Assembly (NCBI GenBank): GCA_950097015.1
Contig: CATNEN010000029.1
Coordinates: 5,704,001 to 5,768,000, forward strand
Direction: 5' to 3'
DNA: 64,000 nucleotides
From: Macrostomum hystrix
Lineage: Eukaryota; Animalia; Platyhelminthes
Both the position numbers and the translations under genes were made by a program. Of the stretch, positions 24,271 to 37,245 are shown in pieces; the first letter of the stretch is position 1; each line of letters starts with the position of its first letter. A model generated the notes under the pieces. That model ran no database searches. It worked only from the letters and a program-made list of their open reading frames with translations, and was not told where the DNA came from.

Positions 24271-25204
24271 TTTAGTGTGTCTCACTATCGTATCCTATCC
24301 TTAAATTAGCTAAATGGCTCTAAGAGTGACACCACAAATCCAAAAATGTGTTCACCTTGGCAAAGAGCTATTTTTAGATCTGAACTTTGACTCTTTTAAC
24401 TTAGGTGCAGCAGATCGCACGCAGAAATGGCATTCTCATAGTGCAGGGCAGAGGAAGGTCAGAAGCTAGACAGGTCATGTTTGTCATTTTCCTCCGTGGC
24501 TACTTTACAGAAAATTTCCACGCTCTACATACTCGCAGGTCTGATATGGGTTGGTTTTTTTATTTAAAAAAGGTACTTTATTGCTAGGTAATTCTTTATT
24601 TAATTACCTTCTAATATTAAATTAGAGGCTTTAGATATTGCAAATTCATGTGCACTAATATAAATTGCTGGCTCTATCTCGGAAGACGAGTAAGTCCGCC
24701 AATTAAACTAACTAATTATCCAGCTCTAGTTAGCATTTCGCATGCTTTTCCAGCAAATTAATCATCTAAAAAATTGATAAAAATCGATGCATTGTAGCTC
24801 CGCTTCAATTTGATGATTGGCATGCCAAATTTGTCCTCATAAAAATATCTCTAATAGAATGTATTAAAGCAGCAACAGCAGTGTCGCATTTCTTATTTCC
24901 TGAGGCCATGAGCAGCTGCCACAACGACTATGCGGTGGCTTGTGCTAAACCTTAAAACGTCAGCTGAGCAATATTTATGCAAATAAGCATCTGCGAGACT
25001 GCCTAGAGGATTGAATTAACAATATGACTGCTTCAGGATGACTTTCGGGAACTGACTATTGCACTTATTAACTGCAGCTGTCCGTTTTTACTGCGATTAG
25101 ACTTTTTTACAGACAACTCACTCATCACTGCCTGCTGACTTCATTACCATGTTTCAGTATGCCACTGCAAACCAGTAAATTAGACCTAGGGCTGTCAACT
25201 TATC

Positions 25205-25900
25205 ACCGCCCCCTGCTGTCTGCTCCTAGAGTCTGCCACTCCTGTCTGTCCCCTGCAGCCTGCCCCCCCTGCAGTCTGCCCCCTGCTGTCTGCTCCTAGA
25301 GTCTGCCCCTCCTGTCTGTCCCCTGCAGCCTGCCCCCCTGCAGTCTGCCCCCTGCTGTCTGCTCCTAGAGTCTGCCCCTCCTGTCTGTCCCCTGCAGCCT
25401 GCCCCCCTGCAGTCTGCCCCCTGCTGTCTGCTCCTAGAGTCTGCCACTCCTGTCTGTCCCCAGCAGCCTGCCCCCCCTGCAGTCTGCCCCCTGCTGTCTG
25501 CTCCTAGAGTCTGCCCCTCCTGTCTGTCCCCTGCAGCCTGCCCCCTGCAGTCTGTCTGTCCCCTGCAGCCTGCCCCCCTGCTGTCCCCTGCTGTCTGCCC
25601 CCTGCAGTCCCCTGCAGTCTGCCCCCCTGCTGTCTGCCCCTAGAGTCTGCCCCTAGAGTCTGCCACTCCTGTCTGCCCCTAGAGTCTGCCCCCTGCTGTC
25701 TGCCCCCCTGCTGTCCCCTGCTGTCTTCCCCCTGCTGTTCCCTGCAGTCTGCCCCCCTGCTGTCTGCCCCTAGAGTCTGCCACTCCTGTCTGCCCCTAGA
25801 GTCTGCCCACTGCTGTCTGCCCCCTGCTCTGTCCCCTGCTGTCTGTCCACTGCTGTCTGTCCCCTGTCTGTCCCCTGTGTTCTGTCCTTTCCCATCTGTC
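25205..25900. repeat. C-rich compound minisatellite (~69-70 bp unit built from CTGCCCC/CTGT subunits, degenerating rightwards)
   Basis: CTAGAGTCTG recurs at 69-70 bp spacing. Confidence 0.9.
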
Positions 25901-26434
25901 TGTTGCAGCCTATCAATCACGTAAACAGAAGTTTCAACTGAATCAGCAAAGTTTAGGTCGGCAATTTTAGTATATAAAAATATATATTTCAATGGTAACT
26001 ACGAATTACTGAGCTTTGTAGCGAGCGACAGAATGCGACATGTGGGTAGCGCAGCCATGAATCTTTTAGCATACTGGCACGATGTATTCAATACATTTTA
26101 AACAACAGTTAGTAGCAAGATCTGCTAAAGTATTTTCTACTTTCAATTTTCTAGTGAGAAATTATACAAGCGCTTGGCTTCTGAAGTCATGGAATATGCA
26201 TGAACGATGAGCGGCAATATGCAGAATGATTTTGTTTGATGATTGGGTCGTGCAAATCAACTTAATTCATCAAATAGAGACGAAATGAGTAAAATATTAT
26301 TAGAAAAAAAATTGTCTCTTATAATTTCACATTTTGTAAGCAATTCAGATAGAAGCCATTGGTGGATGTGGAGAGCATGACAAACAACTTAGGCGGCTTA
26401 GCGGGGCGACCAGCGCTGCAAATCTGGTGGGGGC

Positions 26435-26770
26435 TCCCTACGCTAAATGATCGGAGGTGTTGTTGTTCCCTCGCTAAATGATAGGAGGGTGTTGAGACTC
26501 CCTACGCTAAATGATCGGAGGTGTTGAGGCTCCCTACGCTAAATGATAGGAGGGTGTTGAGACTCCCTACGCTAAATGATCGGAGGTGTTGAGGCTCCCT
26601 ACGCTAAATGATAGGAGGGTGTTGAGGCTCCCTACGCTAAATGATCGGAGGTGTTGAGGCTCCCTACGCTAAATGATAGGAGGGTGTTGAGACTCCCTAC
26701 GCTAAATGATCGGAGGTGTTGAGGCTCCCTACGCTAAATGATAGGAGGGTGTTGAGGCTCCTACGCTAAA
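26435..26770. repeat. Alternating 32/33-bp minisatellite (CTCCCTACGCTAAATGAT..)
   Basis: About 10 units alternating CGGAG and AGGAGG variants. Confidence 0.93.
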
Positions 26771-27217
26771 GGACTGGCGGAGATTAAAAGCTTCCCCACC
26801 ACTTTAACTCAGGAGTGAGTTGTAGGGCAGCCCACTCAAGCTAGCTCTAATGTTTTTTGGCCATCAGTCAATAACATTTTACTTCTAAACTGTACACACT
26901 GCAAAAAAATCCCGTAAATATACTTGTAGTTCACTTGCTTTCCAGCCATCAAAAACGCTTTAGATCTTTCGTCCCTGTAAGGATGGAGTTAAACCCAGTG
27001 TATTATCAAAGTCCCTCAGCAATGCGGGTCTGACAGCGGCCGTTCATCAGTTGTTTTGAACCAAGCATCCTCTTCAGCTTCTGTGTTGGTGTCTACCTTG
27101 TAGCTTATCCCTATTGCCTTTATTAACAACTATTAACATTAACATTATTCTCAAGCCCTTGGTGAAGTAGTCATGTGACCTTCCTTGCTCTAGTTAGCTT
27201 AGTCACCCGTCGGCAAT

Positions 27218-29006
27218 TTACACAGACTCCTCCTGGCACCTCAGCTGCCTCGCGTCCTCCTCATCCTCATCTAATTCCACATTGAGCTTGCCGTCGCTTT
27301 CGTCGCTGGCCTCCTTGAATTCGTCGGAGCGGTCGTCGCGTTGCCAACGCCGCCGGCAGCAGTCGGTGAGCGGGCGCATCTCTTGCGCCGAGTTGGGCAT
27401 GGCGCGGCCGCGGGTCTCGGGCAGCAGCAGCACCAGGAGGCCAACCAGGACAGTCAGGCTGCCGTACAGCAGGCCCGGCAGAGCCGGGTGCAGTCTAGCC
27501 AAAGCTCCGCCGAGCTCGGGGGCCAGGAACTGGCCGACGGTCATGACGCTGTAGGCGAGGAACAGCGAGCAGCTGCGCACCTTTGTTGGGAGCACCTCGG
27601 CGCCGTACACATTGAGCACACTGTAAGTGACGGTGCTGCTGAATTTTGCCAGCACAGCCAGGGCGCTGTGCACCTGTAGATGGCCGGGTACATTGGGTAG
27701 CAACGGCATAGCAACCAGAGCGACACCAGTGAGGCACATGCTGCCTACAGTTGTGGCCCGTCGGCCAAGCCGGTTGATCAGCGGCCAGGCCGCCACGTGG
27801 GCAGGCAGCTCAAGGGCACCGGATATCGCCACGTTCACGTATGGATCGTTAGCAATGAAATCGCGCTGGAAGCAGAGCGCGTGGTACACCAGATTAGAGG
27901 TGAAGAAGCTCATAGTCACCACGGCCAGGGTGACTACGTACACCGGCCGGCACACATTCGTCCTAGGGATGAAGCTGAAGATGCCGGATTCGCCGGCTTT
28001 GTCTGATCCGCCGCCGCCGCTGCCACCACCGCTGCTAACGTCACCGCCGCCGCCGCCGCCTCCGTTGACCAGCTCGTTGTCTTCGAAGCTGAACCGGGTC
28101 AGCGCATCCTCGCAGCCGCTCAGCCGACAGACCTGCCGCAGGACGCGCCTAGCCCGACGGGTCTTACGCCGCGTCAGCAGCCATCGTGGCGACTCCGGCA
28201 GCAGTGGCACGTAGGCAATGTAGTTCAGCCCGGCCACGCCAACCACCACAGCCATCTGGGTGCGCCAGTTGGGCAGCAGGTAGGCCAGGCCTGCTGAGCC
28301 CGAGTAGGCCAATGTCCAGGTGATCCAGAACAGGTTGCCGTGCTGGCTGCGGTACTCCTCGGACACGATCTCGGTGATCAGCAGTAGTCCCATCAGCTGG
28401 GCCGGGTCGCCGCAGCCCATGAAGAAGCGAAGGGCCATCTGTGCCGTGAGGTCCGTCACGAAGATGGCCGCCAAGGTGCTGGCCAGGTTGAGGTAGCACA
28501 GAGCTAGCAGGACGGGCTTCCGACCAACAGCGTCGCCGAGTGGGCCCGAGCAGAGTGGCCACGCAAATGCCAAGCTGCAGCACTGTCTGCAGGCGGTCAT
28601 TAAGGTACTGCCGGCCGCACACTAGCTGGTACTCACTGAGTATGCTCGGCCCGTGGCCCAAGAACGTCCAGGACTCGCATCGCGGGCCGGAGGTCTCGTT
28701 GCCATTTGCTGGCATCGGACTGAGCGAGCCATCCGGGTTGGCAATGAGGCGAGGTCGGCTGCACTGGAAGTCGGTGATGTTCAGAGGCGTATTAAGGGTG
28801 TAATTGCTCTCTATTGCGCTCCACTGCACCGTGACATTGTCCACCAGGGCCTCCGCGCAGTGGAATTGCACCGAAGCTGTGGACAGATTCAGCAGGAAGA
28901 TGTCGAAGGCCGCCTTCATGGACAAGAAGGAGATCATCAGGGTGATGCTCCACCGGTAGCACGGCCCGGACTTGGAGATGATTGACAGCAGCTCTTCGTA
29001 GAGCAT
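27218..29006 (-). CDS. SLC22-family (organic cation/anion transporter-like) MFS transporter, intronless, with one frameshift near 28545-28552
   Basis: N-terminal ORF: MLYEELL..I...G, cysteine-containing extracellular loop, SEYQLVC. C-terminal ORF: GD.VGRKPV, LLITEIV, LPESPRWL, LINRLGRR, AEVLPTKVR, LLLPETRG. Confidence 0.88.
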
Positions 29007-29934
29007 GGCAACTTCGGCTGGCTTCGAGTCTGAAACTGTGGCGCCGTTGGTGTGTGCAGCGACTGGGATTCTGCATCGGAGCTTGCGTCACAGATCTGCG
29101 CCTTCTCTAGTCAGCTAGGCTAGCCTCAGTCCAGGCCAGGCGCGTACTTTGAGCGCGCTGGTCCATTTTTACCACCCCCAACTCGTGCGCCGTTCCCCGC
29201 CCCGCCCCCTATAAGCACTCAGCATCGGTCCCATTGGCCAGGAGGCATAATCTACCACGCCACGGCCCCCCTCTTCCCCCAAGTGTAGTCTGGCAGTGTG
29301 GTGAGCGCAGCGGAATGTTCACCTCATCCGCTCAGTCGGCCTCCTCTTCCCATGCAGTCCCGATGCTGCGGGGATTCACCCTACTGCGTCCTTATCAACC
29401 ATGCATGCGGTGAGCTAATGCAGAGGCTTGGGCAGACTGCGGCTTTTAGTGAACGCCTGGATTGTGGGCGAAGTTGTTCTTAGAAACAGGGATTTCGTCT
29501 CCCCGCGGAGGCTATGGGAGAATGCGCCCTAAAGTGCAGACGGCAATCCCAAGTATGGGTCGACCGACTTTTCCCAAAATGCCAAAGAGTCTAAATCCTA
29601 TAATGCTCTATGCCAGCTAGGTGTTCCGGGTGCTGTGTCCCATACTGATTTTTAGATCCGATGGGCTAAAAAGTCCAAAGGTCGCCTCGCGCGTGCTGAC
29701 ATTGTACTTTTATTTGCGCGGGAGAGAAAAATTTGTTAATTAATTTTGTATCCCGTTTTCTCAAGGTTGTGTTGCCTGCTACATTCTCTTGCTACAGTTA
29801 TCTATTGTATAAACTATTATCCCCGGCAAATAGAAATTGTTTCGTACTTTGCATTCGAAATTTTTTTCTTTTTAAATTTCGCCTACACTGGGTTTGAGAC
29901 GGGTTTGAGATCGGATACTGCCTTTGAGAAGGGT

Positions 29935-31647
29935 TTGAGTCAATCTGAGAAGCGTTGGAGATCAGAAGCTCAATGTGAGAAGTGTTTGGGATCAGAAGCT
30001 CAATGTGAGAAGTGTTTGGGATCAGAAGCTCAATGTGAGAAGCGTTTGGGATCAGAAGTTCAGTTTGAGAAGCGTTTGGGATCAGAAGCTCAGTTTGAGA
30101 AGCGTTTGGGATCAGAAGCTCAATGTGAGAAGCGTTTGGGATCAGAAGCTCAGTTTGAGAAGCGTTTGGGATCAGAAGCTCAATGTGAGAAGCGTTTGGG
30201 ATCAGAAGCTCAGTTTGAGAAGCGTTTGGGATCAGAAGCTCAATGTGAGAAGCGTTTGGGATCAGAAGCTCAATGTGAGAAGCGTTTGGGATCAGAAGCT
30301 CAGTTTGAGAAGCGTTTGGGATCAGAAGCTCAATGTGAGAAGCGTTTGGGATCAGAAGCTCAGTTTGAGAAGCGTTTGGGATCAGAAGCTCAATGTGAGA
30401 AGCGTTTGGGATCAGAAGCTCAATGTGAGAAGCGTTTGGGATCAGAAGCTCAGTTTGAGAAGCGTTTGGGATCAGAAGCTCAGTGTGAAAAGCGTTTGGG
30501 ATCAGAAGCTCAATGTGAGAAGCGTTTGGGATCAGAAGCTCAATGTGAGAAGCGTTTGGGATCAGAAGCTCAGTTTGAGAAGCGTTTGGGATCAGAAGCT
30601 CAATGTGAGAAGCGTTTGGGATCAGAAGCTCAATGTGAGAAGCGTTTGGGATCAGAAGCTCAGTTTGAGAAGCGTTTGGGATCAGAAGCTCAGTTTGAGA
30701 AGCGTTTGGGATCAGAAGCTCAATGTGAGAAGCGTTTGGGATCAGAAGCTCAGTGTGAAAAGCGTTTGGGATCAGAAGCTCAATGTGAGAAGCGTTTGGG
30801 ATCAGAAGCTCAATGTGAGAAGCGTTTGGGATCAGAAGCTCAGTTTGAGAAGCGTTTGGGATCAGAAGCTCAATGTGAGAAGCGTTTGGGATCAGAAGCT
30901 CAATGTGAGAAGCGTTTGGGATCAGAAGCTCAGTTTGAGAAGCGTTTGGGATCAGAAGCTCAATGTGAGAAGCGTTTGGGATCAGAAGCTCAATGTGAGA
31001 AGCGTTTGGGATCAGAAGCTCAATGTGAGAAGCGTTTGGGATCAGAAGCTCAATGTGAGAAGCGTTTGGGATCAGAAGCTCAGTTTGAGAAGCGTTTGGG
31101 ATCAGAAGCTCAATGTGAGAAGCGTTTGGGATCAGAAGCTCAATGTGAGAAGCGTTTGGGATCAGAAGCTCAGTTTGAGAAGCGTTTGGGATCAGAAGCT
31201 CAATGTGAGAAGCGTTTGGGATCAGAAGCTCAGTTTGAGAAGCGTTTGGGATCAGAAGCTCAATGTGAGAAGCGTTTGGGATCAGAAGCTCAATGTGAGA
31301 AGCGTTTGGGATCAGAAGCTCAGTTTGAGAAGCGTTTGGGATCAGAAGCTCAATGTGAGAAGCGTTTGGGATCAGAAGCTCAATGTGAGAAGCGTTTGGG
31401 ATCAGAAGCTCAGTTTGAGAAGCGTTTGGGATCAGAAGCTCAGTTTGAGAAGCGTTTGGGATCAGAAGCTTAATGTGAGAAGCGTTTGGGATCAGAAGCT
31501 CAATGTGAGAAGCGTTTGGGATCAGAAGCTCAATGTGAGAAGCGTTTGGGATCAGAAGCTCAATGTGAGAAGCGTTTGGGATCAGAAGCTCAGTTTGAGA
31601 AGCGTTTGGGATCAGAAGCTCAATGTGAGAAGCGTTTGGGATCAGAT
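29935..31647. repeat. 30-bp minisatellite (GAGAAGCGTTTGGGATCAGAAGCTCAATGT / ..CAGTTT), about 57 units
   Basis: Perfect 30-bp register over 1.7 kb. Confidence 0.99.
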
Positions 31648-33103
31648 ACGAGTACATATAGTATAAGAACAGTTTTTTGAAAAAGCAGAAACTTAGTTTC
31701 ATTGAAAGCTTACTTTTTATGTGGACTACAGCTGCTAAATTTGAGATAAGGCGCGGACATCAACAGCCTGGGCCACGTGCAGGCATATGTGTCCGACTTT
31801 CTCAGGCGCTTCTCGCCTCCTAAGAGCTCGGCCAGTCTCCGCGCTGTGATGTGTCGATATGAAACCTCTGGTATTGCGGCAATGGTCTTTTTTTATCGGT
31901 CACCCTGCTTTTCCGGATTGGAGTGCCGCACTTAAACAGGTTTCACTCGGGCGAGACCACTCTTCACCCGAGCTGATAAAGACAAGCCCCTTAAATAGGT
32001 TAGGACAGAGATTGAGACGGAGGCCAATTGAGAGGCAGGTATAGACCTAGGAAGCGGGGACAGGGCAGAAAAGGCCGCATCAGTTTTGAAACAATGCAGG
32101 TGGTGAAGGGGCAGTCTGCTCTGGCGCCAGGCAAAGGAATTCATAGAAAGTTATTTAAAGTTTGCTGCATTCTACTTGCATCGCATCCAATCCAAGTGCG
32201 GCCTATTTATTTTGAGTACTGTTGTTTGCTTGTATACTACTATCTGCTCACAAATGATGCTATGAAATTTGCTTGAACTTCTTGGCATAAGAGGACTACA
32301 TAATTGCTGTGCTTTTATTGTTCTCTCTCGGTGGCATCCAATCTTCAAGTTTCTCATACTAAACTAAAATTCCTTTTGTTGTAAGTTGAATAAGCTTGTC
32401 AGATTTGCATTTGTCACAGCATAGCGACAGTTTTGGTCCAGTAAGTCTAATCCATTATTCTGGTTGACAATAGTAGATGACAATTGTGCTACCCAAAGAT
32501 ATCGTTATCTTAGGTTTTTATTAAGCTTTTCTATGCAACAAAATCTTTTTTGGGATTCAGTTTTGAAATGAGACGCAGCTATTAACTTTACGCTTTTCAA
32601 AGATACACCCTAGATTAGTACCTTAGAACCTCACAACCTAACAGCTAGTTACAAATCATTTTTAGTGCGTCTAACGCTTCAATAATCGGACGGCCTGTGC
32701 TTTGATTTCTTCAATCTTGTGTAGTGCTTTTATAAATAGTATTAAATATATAAACACTTAAGTTAAACTAATAACTAAACATGAATTTAGCTTTGTTGAA
32801 AATGTTAAAAATGTAAAAATTTAAAAAAAATTAAAAAAAATGTTAAAAAAGTGTTAAACAATTAAAAAGCAATTTTTATTTGCTAAAACTTAAGTTGCAC
32901 ATAAGTTCTATCCATTTTTTACGATTTTGAGCAGTGAATTTCAATAAATATTTACTTTTGTAATATTAGCTTATACATAAATTACTACTCCTCCATAAGT
33001 AAGACGGTTATCATAATAAACGCACGTTAAAGCTGTTAAAATGTTTTTTTCAGTTGGCATTAATAGCTGGAATGTGCGGAATAGTTGCAAATTCAAAAAA
33101 AAA

Positions 33104-33196
33104 CAACAGCAACAACAACAACAGCAGCAGCAGCAGCAACAACAACAACAACAACAGCAGCAGCAACAGCAACAACAACAGCAGCAGCAGCAACAA

Positions 33197-33227
<31 letters not shown>

Positions 33228-33319
33228 AACAGCAGCAGCAGCAGCAACAACAACAACAGCAGCAGCAGCAGCAACAACAACAACAACAACAGCAGCAGCA
33301 ACAACAACAACAACAGCAA
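33104..33319. repeat. Mixed (CAA/CAG)n microsatellite, upstream tract
   Basis: About 72 triplets, preceded by an A run. Confidence 0.99.
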
Positions 33320-33715
33320 GAGGACGTTGGCATCTCCATTGACGCTGCCAAGGAACGCATCCGCCACCATTGGAATTTCAAGCCAGACCTCCAGGGGCAC
33401 CTTCTCGAGGTGTACGGCTCTACTGTTACGCACCACGCTGGCACCCGTCGCCAACAGGTCCTCATCGCGCAGATCCGGGCCGGACATTGCCCTGAATCCG
33501 CCTACTACAAGAACCGCATCGGCATCGCGATTGAAGATCTCTGTCGCCTCTGCGGTGATGCTGTCGATCAATTCCACCTGTTCTCCTGTCCAGCTCTCGA
33601 CGCCGTTCGTCAAAGAAACAACATCAACGTCTTGTCTGATTTCGCACGCGCCGACGTGGTGGCGCTGCTCTTGGAGGCCATCGACTGGTGCCCCCTCTGA
33701 GCGGCTCACCGCAGC
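33320..33715 (+). mobile_element. 3' end of a 5'-truncated non-LTR retrotransposon (C-terminal CCHC region)
   Basis: RRQQVLIAQIRAGHC..Y..RIG...LCRLCG...FHLFSCPAL; stop at 33698-700; 15-nt 3' UTR followed by a (CAA)n tail. Confidence 0.85.
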
Positions 33716-33787
33716 CAACAACAACAACAACAACAACAACAACAGCAGCAGCAGCAACAACAACAACAACAACAACAACAGCAACAA

Positions 33788-33875
<88 letters not shown>

Positions 33876-33877
33876 AG

Positions 33878-33909
<32 letters not shown>

Positions 33910-33931
33910 GCAGCAGCAGCAACAACAACAG
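33716..33931. repeat. Mixed (CAA/CAG)n microsatellite, downstream tract / LINE tail
   Basis: About 72 triplets. Confidence 0.99.
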
Positions 33932-36585
33932 TAGGAAACAGAAAACAGTTTATAAAAGGGTGTCTCATTTTCTCAGCGCGAGCTCTCTAAATGCGGTAAC
34001 AGCGTGCGCCTGACCGATCGCCCCAGCGACATTCAGCAGGCAGTCTACGTAGCGGCGCGTCCGGCCGTGGCCCTGTCGCCAAGGGCCCTGCATCGTGAGC
34101 AGCAGAACATCCTGCACCGGTTGATGGCAGCTTAGGCCTTCGCTTGACTATAGTGTGGCCCGCTAAGCTGAAGTCTCCGCGAGGGTCTCGCAAGTTGGTC
34201 GTCAGGCTCGATCAGTGTTCACGTCTCGGCGTTGCAGTAGCTGTCAGGATGGTTTCGACAACCGCTTGAAACAACCGAGCTTTCAATCGGTCTGGCAGCG
34301 TGGCCAACTCCACAGGATGACCTGAATAGAGCGGACTTGTGCGTGATCGTCGGCGCCCCAGTCCCTCTCTGACCGCTCATTTGCTATATCATTGCGAAAT
34401 AATTGAGAAAATCTCAAAAAGTTGCTTTTGTGCCTTAGCCTCCGAGCAGCTGCGCCCTCCTGTTATTGAAATCTCTTTTATGTATCTGATCTATTTTACA
34501 AAATATTTCATAATTTCACCATCATCTTGTGCCATTTAATAGTTTTATTTGTCCTTTTGCTGTTGAAAGAAAAGGGAAGCTTTCAATTTCCTCAAAAATA
34601 ATTTTCATTTTAAGTAGAACATGCGCGGTACGAGTACCACCATATACCATATTTCCAAACTACGAGGTAAGTTAAATAATTAGCCGACCTCGTTATTTTC
34701 TTCTTAAGCTGCTTTGTACTGACTGCCACCTATTAGTGCCTGACGATTACTGCAGTTAATATACTAAAGGAGATGTTTTGCAGAATATCTAGAGTATTAC
34801 TCTTTCTTTGTAATCACATCATTTACATTGCATCTAATTCTGCGATTACTTATGGTATAAAACTCAGCTTTTACCACGATAGCGATATTACCACGAAAAT
34901 ATAATAACAGTTATGATTTAGTACGGGAGTTCCCTCAATTAATTGTCAACTGTGCAGGGACAGTATTTTCCAGGAATTGCAGCTCCTGATTTGCCAGACT
35001 AAATAGTCGGCAACGCTGTTCAAATAGCTAAAAATCCAGTGCATTGCGGAAGTGAGGACTAGTACTGGACGAGGAATGCTTAGAATTTTTTTGTCCTGAA
35101 TATGTGGAAGCAATAGAGATGGCGGCGATCTCTTAACCTTAGTTTTTTATAGTTTACTGGCAGGCCGGCGAATAGTGGTTTGTGTCGCATCTGCACCAAA
35201 ATCGGACAGCGGTGCATATATTTGGCCTTGAAAGTAAATGTATGAATATTTTTTTAATTTCGTTTTTTGTATCTATACATATCTATCTTTATCTATCCAA
35301 ACTTTTGCCGCTGCCGCTAATGAAAAATTCCATAAGAGTTATAAAATTTTATAAAAAGCCAACAAGTAAAGCCTACAAGAAAAAATACTCTTTAAAATAA
35401 GCACTCGTTGAAATTCGTCGGTTAGAACTTCGTTTTTTTAATTTTAAGTTAAATATCAAGCAACGACGGACGTCGTGCTCAAATGAAATTAACAAACTGC
35501 ATTTAATTTTTTAATCCGGAAATAGTTCCTGTCTGAATTTTGGTACCCTATCGATAATTTTTTATTCTAAGAATTACAGTCTTCTTCTACTGATCCACTT
35601 CTGGGTATTCGGTTGTACGATATTTTTTACATTTTTTTACGTTCACTGCTAGGTTAGCTCCTCTGACCTCGGCCATTGAAGTCCTCTGCTTCATGCCGCT
35701 GTGAACGGAAGTCTGTCTCGTGGCATTGCATGTGTATACCATCGTGACTTTAGAAAGCGAAGAAAAATCACTTACTGCAGATTTTACAAGTGACGGGATT
35801 TTGCAGAAAAATCTGCTTAAATAAAAAACTTTTCTTCTAGTGGCAAGACAGGAGGCAGCTAGTTTAACAGGGTAGCATGCCCTGTTTATCTATCATTTAG
35901 ACGTTTAAAAAATAACAGAAAGTTTTTGCCTGCATAAAATTGAGTTTGACGCATGAATCAAAAATCGTCTAGTGGCCTAACTAAGTCATTATTGGTCATT
36001 GTAAAACTGTTACATTTATAAATTTATTAGGGCCTAGGAACTATTTTTATGAGAAAGAGGAAGACTTTTATGAACTATATGGCCATATTTTTTAGAAAGT
36101 TTCGATGTTGGTCTGTACCAAAAAGTGTTTCTATATTTAAAAGATCTGGATATCATATATACCAAATGACTGCACAATCAATAGCTATAGGCTCCCTACA
36201 GGCTACAGCTAGCTGGTTGTTTGCAAGCTGGCCATTTGCTGACATCTGCAGTTTTAATTTCCACTTGCTATGACTGAAATCAGCTGTATATAGACCTATA
36301 TATATATAGGGCCTAGTGCTTGATATTAGCTAACCCTACTTGAAAACTATTGTGTAGGCCATTATAAGTTGTATATTATAATTTAGTTGTAATCTAAAAT
36401 AATGAGAGTAAGATAATTATAACATGTTAGCAATCACAGCCACATAAAGTTTATTTAAAATTGACAGAGAACAGGCAACATGCAGGGGATGCAGCACATT
36501 CCAAAAGTCAATTGAAATTGAAAGTCAATAAAATCAATCTAGGTTTGTTCTAACAATGTATCTAGGCCTACTATCGTTGCTAGGA

Positions 36586-36844
36586 CATACATGCTCAACA
36601 CCCGGCCGAAATGAGGGCCAAGCAAGGTAAGTCGCAAAAACCAATAGACCAAGCGCAAAAAAATCAAAGGGGGGACCAAGGGACAAAAAAGGAAGGCGTG
36701 AAGAAAAGGAAAAAGGGGAGAGAAAAAGAGAGCAAATGAGAGCAAACTAAGTCGTAAATAGAGCAATGAAACAAACTAAGTCGCAAATGAGAGCAAAAAC
36801 TAAGTCGCATGGCCGGCTAAGATTTGGGAGGTTGCGCATGTATG
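36586..36844. mobile_element. hAT-type MITE (259 bp)
   Basis: TIR CATACATGC(T/G)CAAC; 8-bp TSD TGCTAGGA at 36578-85 and 36845-52; internal CAAACTAAGTCG occurs three times. Confidence 0.85.
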
Positions 36845-37145
36845 TGCTAGGACACAACTGACTGATGTTACTGATGTATCTGAAACTGACACGTCATTTA
36901 GAGTGTGTAAGTAGGGTAAAGGCTCGTTCAAAGGGATGTACAAAGGGATGAAAATTAGTGCAAATTGTGTGATCACACGAAATTTGGCCTCACTTGATGA
37001 CTGTATGAATGGGCCTTAAGTGTGCTAGTTGGCTGCTGAAATACGATTTATTGTAGCATTGATATCAATATACAAGAATTGTATTTTATCCGAACTAAAT
37101 ATAAAATAATTTCGCAAAAAACCCTTCCAATCCAGTTTAATCAAT

Positions 37146-37220
37146 TGTTACCGAACTGTCCCTTGATATGTTACCGAACTGTCCTGTGGTGTTACCGAAC
37201 TGTCTGTTACCGAATTGTCC
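37146..37220. repeat. Four spaced copies of GTTACCGAACTGTCC (probable transposon subterminal motifs)
   Basis: Direct reading; resembles the GATGACGAAGTGTCC motif of the adjacent MITE. Confidence 0.6.
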
Positions 37221-37245
37221 TGCTACTGGTGTGTGTACATGAGCT

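Noticed and set aside
21350-25992. Repetitive ORFs at 21350-21937, 22697-23128, 25226-25447 and 25504-25992
   Set aside because: Translations of 33-, 30- and 69-bp arrays.
29746-31702. 575-, 634- and 563-aa ORFs
   Set aside because: They are translations of a stop-free 30-bp array in three frames, with no unique coding flanks or domain.
32971-34013. PolyC, polyL, polyN/S and polyT ORFs; TBP-like polyQ gene
   Set aside because: Microsatellite frames; the only unique peptide is a retrotransposon C-terminus.
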